Positions 1 through 12,164 of a stretch of 21,670 bases of DNA are shown in pieces. Source of the stretch: Octopus sinensis (lineage: Eukaryota). Position numbers and translations under genes: made by a program. A model generated the notes under the pieces. It was not told the DNA's origin. It did not search any database and saw only the letters and a list, made by a program, of their open reading frames with translations. The number at the start of each line of letters is the position of its first letter. Positions within the stretch are counted from its first letter, which is position 1. The stretch lies in assembly GCF_006345805.1 (NCBI RefSeq), contig NW_021823688.1, positions 1 to 21,670 of the forward strand. The letters run 5' to 3'.

Positions 1-162
1 ATATATATGTATATGCAAGCATAGATAAACACGTATGTATAGTTTTAAAAACTACAGTTTGTTTGATAAATCAACACCATGGTAATTTTACAGAAAACTG
101 AAATTGACGCGTATATGAGTGCGCGCGCTCATGTGTGCGCGTGTGTATGTATAAACACACGC

Positions 163-910
163 AGATATATATATATACACACACACACAGATATATATAT
201 ATATATACACACGCATATATATACATATATATATATATACACACGCATATATATATACATATATGTATACATATACATATATGTATACATATACATATAC
301 ATATATGTATACATATACATATATATATACATGTATGTATACATATACATATATATATTCATATATGTATACATATACATATATATATACATATATGTAT
401 ACATATACATATATATATACATATATGTATACGTATACATATATATATACATATATGTATACATATACATATATATATACATATATATATACATATACAT
501 ATATATATACATATATATACATATATATATATACATATACATATATATATACATATATATACATATATATATATACATATATATATACACATATATATAT
601 ACATATACATATATACACATACATATATACACATATATATATATACATATATATACACACATATATACATATATATATATATACACACATATATACATAC
701 ATATATATACATATATATATATACACACATATATATACATATATATATATACACACATATATATATATATAAACACACACACACACATATATATATATAC
801 ACACACACACACACATATATATATACACACACACACACATATATATATACACACACACACACACACATATATATACACACACACACACACACATATATAT
901 ACACACACAT
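163..910. repeat. Compound (AT)n/(AC)n microsatellite with a 30-bp higher-order unit at ~301-510
   Basis: Near-continuous purine/pyrimidine alternation; ATATATGTATACATATACATATATATATAC recurs with period 30 from 301. Confidence 0.95.
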
Positions 911-1081
911 GCTCTCATTCGAAGAAGAAACATTGCTTTTGAGAGAAACGGTAACTATATTAAAGAGTAGGGATGTGATCCACTGGGGCCAAGATTCATT
1001 TTGATGTATGATACATGTTCCTGTGTTGGTAATTCTACCTTTCCTAAACAAAATGACATTAGTTTTCGACGCACACTCGTA
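907..1081 (+). mobile_element. Mariner transposon 3' remnant (transposase C-terminus plus right end)
   Basis: Translates [20 protein letters not shown], resembling the mariner C-terminal ...RW..C...GDYVE motif; ends ...TTTTCGACGCACACTCGTA, like a TACGAG-type TIR; paralogous to 14467-14640. Confidence 0.8.
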
Positions 1082-1181
1082 CGTACACACATACATAAGT
1101 ACGTACACACATACCCTCATATATACATATATACATATATACACACATGCATAAACACATTCATACATACGTACATACATA

Positions 1182-2892
1182 CTCAAAAGGCGTATCGATT
1201 GAGGACCCTTATCAACAGTGTCAATTCTTTGCCGAGGCTTTTTCAACTATTTTCAAACAAGATGATGGTCGTGAACCCCCTCCATTTGATAGATCGGTAC
1301 CTCCAATGCTCCGATTTGTCATCACGCGGGACGAAGTCAAACGTGTTATTCAAGGCCTCGATGTCAACAAGGGTCAAGGCCCTGACGGCATAAAACACAC
1401 AGGTTATCAAAGCGTTGGCTCCGGTCATCTGCGAGCCCTTAACACGTCTATTCAATATGTCATACCTGTTATACCTGCGGACTGGAGAACAGCGATAATC
1501 TGCCCAATTTCGAAGAAAGGGAGCCGCGAAGGCCCGCTTAACTACCGACCGGTTTCCCTTACATCAATAATCAGCAAGATGTTCGAAACCATCCTTAAGA
1601 AAAGTATGATGCTCCACCTCCAAAACACAGCCTCTATCTCTGATTGCCAACACGGCTTCGTGCCGAAGAGATCATGCTTGACCAACTTACTGGTAATGGA
1701 AGAATTGGTGACGCGCATCCTCGATGATAGTGATGCTGTTGACATCGTTTTATTGGACTTTGCCAAAGCTTTTGACTCGGTAAACCACCGCCTATTACTT
1801 GTCAAGCTTCAAGCATATAGTTTCCATCCGGACATTGTACGATGGGTTGGTGCCTTCCTCTCAGATCGCTCCTTCCAAGTCGAAGTTAATGGTTCGCGGT
1901 CAGACGTCTCCAGTGCGAGCTGTGGCGTGCCTGAAGGTTCAGTGTTTGGACCCTTATTGTTCTTAGTCTTCATAAATGACTTGCCCGACGACCTCACGCA
2001 ACACACCCTTCTATTAGCCGACGATGTCAAATTGGTCGCTCCTCGCGGTGATATAGAGGATGCCTCCACCAAATTTGGAGGTGGTCTAACGAATGGGACC
2101 TGTGTCTGAACGTGTCAAAGTGCTGTCATCTGCCTGTTGGCTCTCCTCCTGCAACTCAAATTGATTTCGAGCTGGGCCGTCTACTTCTGGAGAGGACCGA
2201 TCAGGTAAAGGACCTGGGTATCTTGGTGGATTCCTCCATTTCGCCTTCGGCCCAGTGCGTCCATGCTGCCAACAAAGCACGCGGAATTCTGTTCTTGATT
2301 CGACGGTCATTCGGAATGCTCACAGCAGCCATATTCCTACCACTCTATGTTCCGCTGGTGAGACCCATATTGGAGTACGGGATTCAAGCCTCTTCTCCTT
2401 ATCTCTTCAAAGACATTCAGCATCTCGAAAGAGTCCAGAAGCTGGCTACCCACATGATTGATGGTCTCAAAAATTTGTCCTATGAAGAAAGGCTGAAGAC
2501 GCTCGACCTTTATTCTCTAGAAAAACGCCGCCGCCGTGGTGATCTCATTCTCGCCCACAACATCATTAGCGGAAAGTGTAACCTCTCGAAAGAGCAGTTC
2601 TTCACTCCTGCTCCAGAGCGTCGGCTGCGGGGTCATTCCGAAAAGCTCTACCTGCGACGATTTCATCTCAATCGAAGGAGAGGAGCTTTCTCCGTCCGGG
2701 TGGCGGATCCGTGGAACAAGCTGCCAGACGAGATGGTGAAGATGCCGACGACCGCTTTGTTCAAAGCCTACCTTGACTTCAAGTGGCCTGAACTCTTTAC
2801 ATGAACACCACCCTGAACATAACTCCATGTCCCCCTACATGGCCTTGCTATTTGCTTTTGAGCCAAATTAACTAACTAACTAACTAACTAAC
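1182..2892 (+). mobile_element. CR1-clade LINE, 5'-truncated, frameshifted ORF2 (copy A)
   Basis: ORFs 1147-2109 and 2112-2804 give NYRPVSLTS, QHGF..RSCLTNL, LDFAKAFDSVNH, GVPEGSVFGP, LADDVKL, KDLGI, LERVQ, LSYEERL..L.L.SLEKRR.RGDLI; short 3'UTR; (CTAA)n tail at ~2869-2892. Confidence 0.93.
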
Positions 2893-3720
2893 ATACACAC
2901 ATATACATACATACACTCATACAAACAAAAATACATGTACATATACGCATATAAATATGTATATATACATATATGTACACATACATATATGCACACATAC
3001 ATACACATATACATACACACAGACATACATATACATACAAACGTGCATGCGTACATATACACATACACACACACATATGTACACACATGTATACGAACAT
3101 ATATACGTACATACATATAAGCTTGCATTCATACCTACATACATTCATACATACATACAGGCATACACACACACATACATACACACTTACGTACACATAT
3201 TCATGCTGCACACATACATACATTCATACACACTCATATACATATATACACACATAAGTACATACACAGATGCATAAATACATAAATATATACACACAGG
3301 CATACGTACGCACCTACATAGACACGTACATAAAACCATACGTATAAACATGCATGCATAAACACAATCATGTATATATACATACATACGTACACACATA
3401 TACATGTACATACGTGCATACTTACATACATACACACATACATATGTACGTAGATGCATACATACGTGCATACATACATAGGCACCTACATGCAAGTATG
3501 CAACTATACCTATATACATACGCGCATGGAATATGTACATATACACACGTACATACTTACATAACTACATACATCAGTACACGCACATACATGCATGCAT
3601 ACGTACGTACATACACGCGTAGAAACACACATACATATATAAGTATGTATATATATATATATGCGAGCATATATATATATACATACACACATACATATAT
3701 ACATGCATGCATACGTTACA
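2893..3720. repeat. Degenerate (ACAT/AC/AT)n low-complexity block with fixed landmark motifs
   Basis: Near-identical to 19700-20645; landmarks GGCACCTACATGCAAGTATGC, GCATGGAATATGTAC and GTAGAAACAC also occur at ~11420-11570. Confidence 0.9.
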
Positions 3721-3723
3721 AAG

Positions 3724-4937
3724 CTGTCTGAGCCATTCCGCATCGTGCGTTCCGTCCCTCAAGGGTGCTCTCTCTCTCTCTCTCTCTCTCTATCTCTATC
3801 TCCTCCCTTCTGTATGTACTGACTATTGAACCATTTACTGCGGAAGCTGGGGGCGTTGATGGGTGTCTCGCGTGATCTAGTATCTGAGAGAAATGTATCT
3901 GCTTACGCTCATGATGTCACCGTCATAGTGTCGAGCCACAGGCATATAGACCTGACAGTCGAAACACTACAGGAATATGAAGCGAAAACAGGAGCAAAAA
4001 TGAACCCGGAAAAGTCAGTGGACTTGCAGCTCGGCACATGGAGAGGCAAGGCCATGCGGTCCAACAGCGTCATGCTGCGCTGGACAGACGGTCCCAACAA
4101 GTTGCTCGGAGTCTGGTTTGGACCGGACGTCCAAGTGGAGAAGAACTGGGACGAAGTGACGAGAAGGGTAGCCAATCTCACCCAGAAATAGACCAAGAGG
4201 AAGCTGTACCTGAAAGATTGGGCGGAGGTGACGAACGCGTACATGGCACCCATCATCTCCTACCGCTTCACTGTCGTCCCTTGTCCCGTTTCCTGGTTGA
4301 CCAAGCTTGTGCGCTTACTCTTCCGTTTTCTGTGGAAGATGCGCATTCCACTGGTCAGGCGCTCTATCTGTTGTCAATAGCTGCTGAGTGGAGGAGTGGG
4401 CATGCCCTGGTTACTGATGCGCAGACGTGCGCTGAGGTTGCGTCATCTCCAGCCTTTCCTTGACGGTGAGCAGGTGTAAGAGGCACTTTTCCACAGCTCG
4501 TCTTTTTGACTGAGCGGCAATCCTGGACTGGGCGTAGTCCGAAGAAGGGCGCTTGGCACCTTGAGTGCCGTCAAGCACTCACAGTCCTCCACCAGGCGGG
4601 CAATACGGTCGGTAATACTTCCACTCTAAATTTCTAAAGAGTGCTAGTGAAGGGAAAGTGCGACGACGTCCTCAGGGAAACTCTGGGTGTCGATGAAGAT
4701 CAACTAACCGATCTGTTTCGCAGCACTTTCGGGCCTGAGCCTATGGATAACTTCAAGAAATCCCTTGCCTGACAGTGCTACCGAGGGGCGCTGACTGTTT
4801 GGGATAAAATTTATAGGCACGGAAATGCCGTCAGCCGGGCCCACGTGAGGTGCGCCCAGAAAGGTGAAACTGTTCTGCACACCCTAGTCCAGTGCCCGAG
4901 TATTGCTGACCGGTGGGTTTATGTCGAACACCTACTG
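3724..4937 (+). mobile_element. Tx1/L1-clade non-LTR retrotransposon fragment (RT to zinc-knuckle region), pseudogenised (copy A)
   Basis: LSEPFRIVRSVPQGC-(CT)n-LLYVLTIEP, VSAYAHDVTV, TGAKMNPEKS, KLLGVWF; C-terminal RCAQKGETVLHTLVQCP...W; several in-frame stops. Confidence 0.88.
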
Positions 4938-4974
4938 CACACACATCTCCACTGTCAAAGCATATCTGATCAAC

Positions 4975-5036
4975 AAAAAGCAATAAAATCGCACGGTCAG
5001 TATTTGGGGCATTCAGAATTGCTTCTTACAGCTTTG
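4975..5036 (-). mobile_element. Small diverged Tc1 fragment (transposase stop region)
   Basis: AAAAAGCAATAAAATCGCACGGTCAGTATTTGGGG...ACAGCTTTG aligns to 8081-8142 and 12448-12509. Confidence 0.7.
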
Positions 5037-5207
5037 TACAGATACTCACATACATACACACATACACACAAACAGATACATACATACATACATACATACA
5101 TACATACATACATACGTACATACATTTATTCAAATACACATACATTCATACATACAAGAATACATACTTAAACAGATACACGTACACATACGTAGATACA
5201 TACATGG

Positions 5208-5212
<5 letters not shown>

Positions 5213-5289
<77 letters not shown>
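5213..5289. repeat. (TA)n microsatellite with one AA interruption
   Basis: Direct reading of the sequence. Confidence 0.95.
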
Positions 5290-5298
<9 letters not shown>

Positions 5299-5630
5299 AT
5301 AGATACAGTCATAGATTCATACAGACATAGATGAATGCATGCATACATGCAAGCATACCTCCATACATGCACAAATTCATGCACACATATATACACATTA
5401 ACACACATTCACACCTTCATTCATGTATACATACATATATATACACACACATGCATACATACATACGTGCATACATACACACATACATACATATATACAT
5501 GTGTGTATGTGTGTATTTGTTTACGTACATATGTATGTGTACGTATGTATAAATGTATGCGTGTATCTATGCATGTGTGCATGTATATACAAACATTCAT
5601 ATATACCCACGAGCATACGCACATACATAC

Positions 5631-5894
5631 ATGGTGGCTGCCCCCTCGTTATCGAGTATGGCCATTGCGCAAAAGCTTAATCAATGTTGTTATCGTGCAA
5701 TGCCTGTGCAAGAAGTTTTTTAATGTAAGGAAAGGCTGATCACTGAGTCAATCCCACTCACTAAGCGACAGCAGCCATAATCCGAAAAGAAGAACAAGTG
5801 AACATCATCGGTAACCACTGAGCCGCAGGTTTTATGTCGGAGTTATCCCAGTTACCTGAGTTAACTTCTCCTAGAAGGATGCCCTAACAAAGGC
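5631..5894 (-). mobile_element. RTE-derived non-autonomous element / SINE body (copy 1)
   Basis: Minus strand begins GGGCATCCTTCTAGGAGAAG...AACTCCGACATAAAACC, resembling the RTE 5'-UTR motif GGGCAACC..TCTAGGAGAAGG.AAACTC. It ends CATACTCGATAACGAGGGGGCAGCCACC+(ATGT)n, resembling an RTE 3' end with a CTCG-ATAA-CGAG hairpin. Family assignment is from recalled motifs. Confidence 0.65.
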
Positions 5895-7605
5895 ACAACA
5901 AATACACACACATACACATATATACACATACACATGCTTATATAAATACATGCATACACACATACATACATATATACATGCACACATAATACAGACATAC
6001 ATACATATACACATGCACACATTATACAGACATACATACATATATACATGAAGACATACATACACATATACAAACGTACACATATTCATACATACATACA
6101 CATATATATTCATACACATCCATATATAGGTATATACATACACACATATATATAACATGCATACATACACTAATATACGCATACACTCATACGCACAAAC
6201 ATGCATACGAAATAAGCACATACATACATGCATAGCTATTTAAAAACACACACGAAAACATACGCACATATATACATGCATACATACACACATGCTTGCA
6301 CACATACATATATATCCACTTACACACATGTGTGCATGTAGGTGTGTGTTTGGATATCAATGTATGTGTGTATGTGTGCATGAATGAATGTATGAATGTA
6401 TATGTGTATCTGCGTATGATTGTATATAGGTATGTATATGTGTATGTATGAGTTTAACACACATAGACAAACACAAACATTATACACACCTACATACATA
6501 CATACCTCTATGCACACAAACATGCATGCACACAAACATATATACATGGACACACATAGACACATATATACACATATACATGCATATATAATTACGTGCA
6601 TACACACATACATACATATATACATGCACACATATATACATACACATATGCCCGCAGACATATACACATCCGTACATACTCACATACATATATAAGCACT
6701 TACATATATACCAACATACATGCATACATACACACATATATAGTCACATACGTACACACATACTTACACACATACACACATACATACACACATACACACA
6801 AACATACACAGTTACACGCATACATTCATACACACATGCATACTGATATACACACACACATACAGAATTACACACATACTTACATACACCCACATTCGCA
6901 CATACACACACATACATTCATACAGACGTACAAATACACATACGTAAATACATACATACACACATACACACACATACATATTTCCATACTTAATCACATA
7001 CGTACAAACACACATACACACGCACATACACACAAACATACACGCATACATTCATATATAAAAAAATATATACATACATATCCACATTCGTATATATATG
7101 TGTGTGGATGTATGTATGCGTTTTTGTATCTTTGTAGATATTTAAGCATGTATGTATGAATATATTTATGTATGTATATATACATGTGTATGTGTATATA
7201 TATGTATGTGTGTGTGTATGTATTTATGCGTACACATGTATGCAGACAGACAAACTTGTGAACTTACACACATAGCATACATGCAGCACACATACACGCA
7301 TGTACACATATATACATACACATATACTTACATACACATACAAATAAATACGCACATTTATACACATACGCACATACATAATTACACATATACATACACA
7401 CACATATATATAAGAACACTCAAAAATACACACATACACACTTACTTAAATACACATACACACACTTACATGCATACACATACATACATGCATACACACA
7501 CACATACATACACATTTACGTACACATATTCACGCTGCACACATACATACATTCATACTCACGCATATACATATATACACACATAAGTACACACACACAT
7601 GCACA
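5895..7605. repeat. Degenerate (AC/ACAT)n block with internal TG-rich polarity switches
   Basis: Colinear with ~9783-11200 via shared landmarks such as GCAGACAGACAAACTTGTGAACTT and TTCCATACTTAATCACATACG. Confidence 0.9.
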
Positions 7606-7789
7606 AATGTGTTTGAGAATCTCTACGCCTTCCGCTAATTAAACCACTCCACAACTAAAGTGTTTTTCGTTGCTCAATACTTGTTTAGTAATCTCCCATC
7701 TATATACAGCTGAAGAACAGTGTCCCTTTGTTCTCTTTTTACATCCTTCTTTCCTTTTTGACACTAAATCCACATTTTCCAAACAATTG

Positions 7790-8720
7790 CAGTGGCGTCA
7801 TCGAACTTAAGAACCCCAATTTACTGATGTTCAAATATCATTTTTTATACATATATATTCAACTTGTAACTTGTGAATTAATTTGTATATCTAAATAAAG
7901 AAACTCTTACGACCTTTAATAGGGTATACAGCTTTACAGCGTAACATCAATATGTTAATTTTAGATTAAAAAGAAATCTTAATTATCATAATTTAGAGTA
8001 CCATTTAACTTAAGGACAACGTGTAACATTTCATATTTTGTTGTTGTTCTTTTGCTCTTAAACTTCATTCTGAAATCCCTAAAAAGCAATAAAATCACAG
8101 AGTCAGTATTTTGGGAACCCAAAATTACTTAATTGAGCTTTGCATCTGCGAAACATACAAATGTTCAGAACATTTATCACTGTTGCGCAGATTTTTCCCA
8201 CATTTGGCTAATAATGCTTTTAAAAAATTCTCCTTATTCTTTGTCTTAATACTTTTCACAGCTCTACCCAACCATTCTCAAGGATTTTCGATGGGTTTCA
8301 GCTCGGGCGACGGCGTTAGTCACTATATCAACCGAAATCTCTTAGGTATAATGTAATTTCTGAGTAGGTACCAGGTGACATTCGGGTGGTTGTCATGCTG
8401 GAAAGTCCAAATGCTTCCGGGCGTATGGAAGCATAGTATTATTCAATATTTCTAGATAGGACTTACTATCCATTCGGATTATAGAACTGACGTCTTTTCC
8501 CGACATACACCCTTACATCTTCACACTTCCTCCAGAGTGCCTAATTGAAGGTTGGATGCATTTTGGATGGAATTCTTCGCCTATACGCCTTCTTACATAC
8601 TTCCTGCCATCTCTGCCGATCAAGTTGAACTTTGATTCGTCCGACCACACCACATTCGTCCAATCTGCTGGACTCCATTTCAAATGTTCTTTAACTCGCA
8701 AATCGATTTTTCAAAAACAC
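7790..8720 (-). mobile_element. Tc1-family (DD34E) transposon, 5'-truncated, decayed, with probable right TIR (copy 1)
   Basis: Minus strand: W..ADWTNVVWSDESKFNLIGRDGRKYVRR, HSGGSVKM, FQHDNHP, SPELKPIEN (SPDLNPIEN-like). Putative TIR starts CAGTGGCG at 7790, with the AACTTAAG motif at ~7804 and ~8007. Confidence 0.88.
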
Positions 8721-8753
8721 ACAAACACACCTATATGCATAGGCACTCATACA

Positions 8754-8787
<34 letters not shown>

Positions 8788-9004
8788 CATACATATATAC
8801 ATACTTACATATATAAAAACATATATAGATACATACAGACATACTCACATACATACATACGGACATACATACACACATACAAACATACACACACACATTA
8901 CATACATACAAACATACATACATGTGTGTATGTATGTACGTGTGAATGTACTTATGTATGCATGTATGCGTATATATATATCTGCGTGTACGTATATAGA
9001 TATC

Positions 9005-9035
<31 letters not shown>

Positions 9036-9339
9036 GTCTATATATATATATATATGTATGTGCGTATGTATGTTTTTTGTACATGTATATGTACGTATGC
9101 ACTTATGTATGTCTGTAGGTACATAGATTCATACGTGCACACATTCTTACATCCATAAATACATTCATACATACATACATTCATATATACATTCAATTAT
9201 GCATACATGCATAAATAAATAAATACATACATACAAACATATTTACATACATACATACATACATTCATATATACATACATACATACATACATACATACAT
9301 ACATACATACATACATACGTACATACATACATACATACA

Positions 9340-9361
9340 TGGTGGTTGCCTACTCCTTATA
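9340..9361 (-). mobile_element. ~22-bp stub of the RTE 3' end, truncated at a duplication breakpoint
   Basis: TGGTGGTTGCCTACTCCTTATA matches TGGTGGTTGTCTACACCTTATA at 13640-13661; both follow a long (ACAT)n run. Confidence 0.65.
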
Positions 9362-9517
9362 CATACACACATCATACATATATACATGTGCGTATGTGTG
9401 TATTTGTTTACGTACATATGTATGTGTACGTATGTATAAATGTATGCGTGTATCTATGCATGTGTGCACGTATGTACAAACATTCATACATACCCACAAG
9501 CATACGCACATACATAC

Positions 9518-9782
9518 ATGGTGGCTGCCCCCTCGTTATCGAGTATGGCCATTTCGCAAAAGCTTAATCAATGTTGTTATCGTGCAATGCCTGTGCAAGA
9601 CGTTTTTTTAAAGTAAGGAAAGGCTGTGCACTGAGTCAATCCCTCTCACTAAGCAACAGCAGCCATAATCCGTAAAGAAGAACAAGTGAACATCATCGGT
9701 AACCACTGAGCCGCAGGTTTTATGTCGGAGTTATCCAAGTTACCTGAGTTACCTTCTCCTAGAAGGATGCCCTAACAAAGGC
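9518..9782 (-). mobile_element. RTE-derived non-autonomous element / SINE body (copy 2)
   Basis: Highly similar to 5631-5894, including both flanks. Confidence 0.65.
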
Positions 9783-12164
9783 ACAACAAATACACACTCA
9801 GACACATATATACACATACACATGCTTATATAAATACATGCATACACACATACATACATATATACATGCACACATAATACACACATACAAACGTACACAT
9901 ATTCGTACATACATACATACATACATACATACACACATACATACACACATTCATACACATACCCATATATAGGTATATACATATACACATATATATATAA
10001 CATGCATACATACACTAATATACACATACACTCATACGCACAAACATGCATACAAAATAAGCACATACATTCATGCATACCTATATAAAAACATACATAA
10101 AAACATACACATATATATATAATATATATATATATACATGCACACATGTTTGCACATATACATACATATTCACGTACATATATGTGTGCATGTATTTGAG
10201 TGTTTGGATATCTATGTATGTGTGTATGTGTGCATGAATGCATGTATGTGAATATGTATGTATATGTGTATCTGCGTATGATTGTATTAGGTATGTATAT
10301 ATGTAAGTATGTATTTAACACACATAGACACACACAAACATTATACACACATACATACATACACATATGCCCACAGACATATACACATCCGTACATACAT
10401 ACATACACACACATAGAGTCACATACATACACACATACTTACACACATATATACACACTTACACGCATACATTCATACACACATGCACACTGATATACAC
10501 ACACACATACAATATTACACACATACTTACATACACCCACATTCGCACATACACACACATACATTCATACAGACATACAAATGCGCATACCTAAATACAT
10601 ACATACACATACATACACACATATAAACATACATATACATACACATGTGTTTACATAATTCCATACTTAATCACATACGTACAAACACACATAGACATGC
10701 ACATACACACAAACATACACGCATCCATACATAAATACATACATATCCACATTCATATGTATGTATGTATGCGTTTTTGTATCTTTGTATATATTTATGT
10801 ATGTATATATGTATGTGTGTATGTATGTATTTATGCGTACACATGTATGCAGACAGACAAACTTGTGAACTTAAACACATAATATACACGCACACACATA
10901 TACACGCATGCACACACATATACACGCATGCACCCATATATACATTCACATATACTTACATACACCTGCAAATCAATATGCACATTTATACACATACACA
11001 CATGCATAATTACACAGATACATACACACATATATACACGAACACTCAAAAATACACACATACACACTTACTTAAATACACATATACACACTTACATACA
11101 TACACATACACATAATACGCACATACATACACACTTACATACACATATTCATGCTGCACACATACATACAATGATACACACGCATATACATATATAGACA
11201 AATAAGTACATACACACATGCATACATACATAAATATATACACACAGACATACGTACGCAGATACATAGACACATACATAAAACCATACATATAAACATG
11301 CATGCATAAACACAATCATACATATATACATACATACGTACACGCATATACATGTACATACATGCATACGTACATACACACATACATATGCACGTAGATG
11401 CATACATACGTGCATACATAGGCACCTACATGCAAGTATGCATCTTTACCTATATACATACACGCATGGAATATGTACACATACACACATACATACTTAC
11501 ATAAATACATACATCAGTACACGCACATACATGCATGCATACGGACGTACATACACACGTAGAAACACACATACACATATACGAAGATACATGCATGCAT
11601 GCGAGCATATATATATACATACACACATACATATATACATGCATGCATACATTGCAAACCTACACACATACTTGTTGCATACAAAATATACATGCATGGA
11701 TGTGTACATACATACATACAGTACATACTAACACACATACCTACACACGTAAATCCATACATACATAGGTTCATACTCACAACATACAAGCATACTTAGA
11801 CACCAACACGCATACGTATATACATACATACATACTCACATACGTATATAGATACATACACACATATACGTTTATACAGTCACATATTTATGTTCTTTTC
11901 AATTGTTTGAGTCATGGAATTGCGATTTCCAACATTTTATCTCCTAATTCATTCCTAATATCCTCAAACACTCTTTAGAACTGGCTGCGTGAGAATCTAT
12001 ACGACTTCCTCTAATTTGACCACTCCACAACTAAAGTGTTCTTCGTCACTCAATCCTTGTTTAGTACTCTCTCATCTATATATAGCTGCAGCACAGTTTC
12101 CCTTTGTTCTCTTTCTACATCCTTTTTCGCTTTTGACACTAAATCCACATTTTCCAAACAATTG

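Noticed and set aside
40-105. Short inverted repeats (TAGTTTT/AAAACTA, TTGAT/ATCAA)
   Set aside because: Short and AT-rich; expected by chance; no supporting context.
79-1246. Long ORFs rich in Y/I/H/T or M/C/V/Y here and throughout the window
   Set aside because: Alternating purine-pyrimidine repeats rarely contain stop codons, so they are open in most frames; no protein-like complexity.
2866-2892. (CTAA)n as a telomere-like repeat
   Set aside because: Tetramer (TTAG on the minus strand), not TTAGG or TTAGGG; positioned as the normal simple-repeat tail of a CR1 element.
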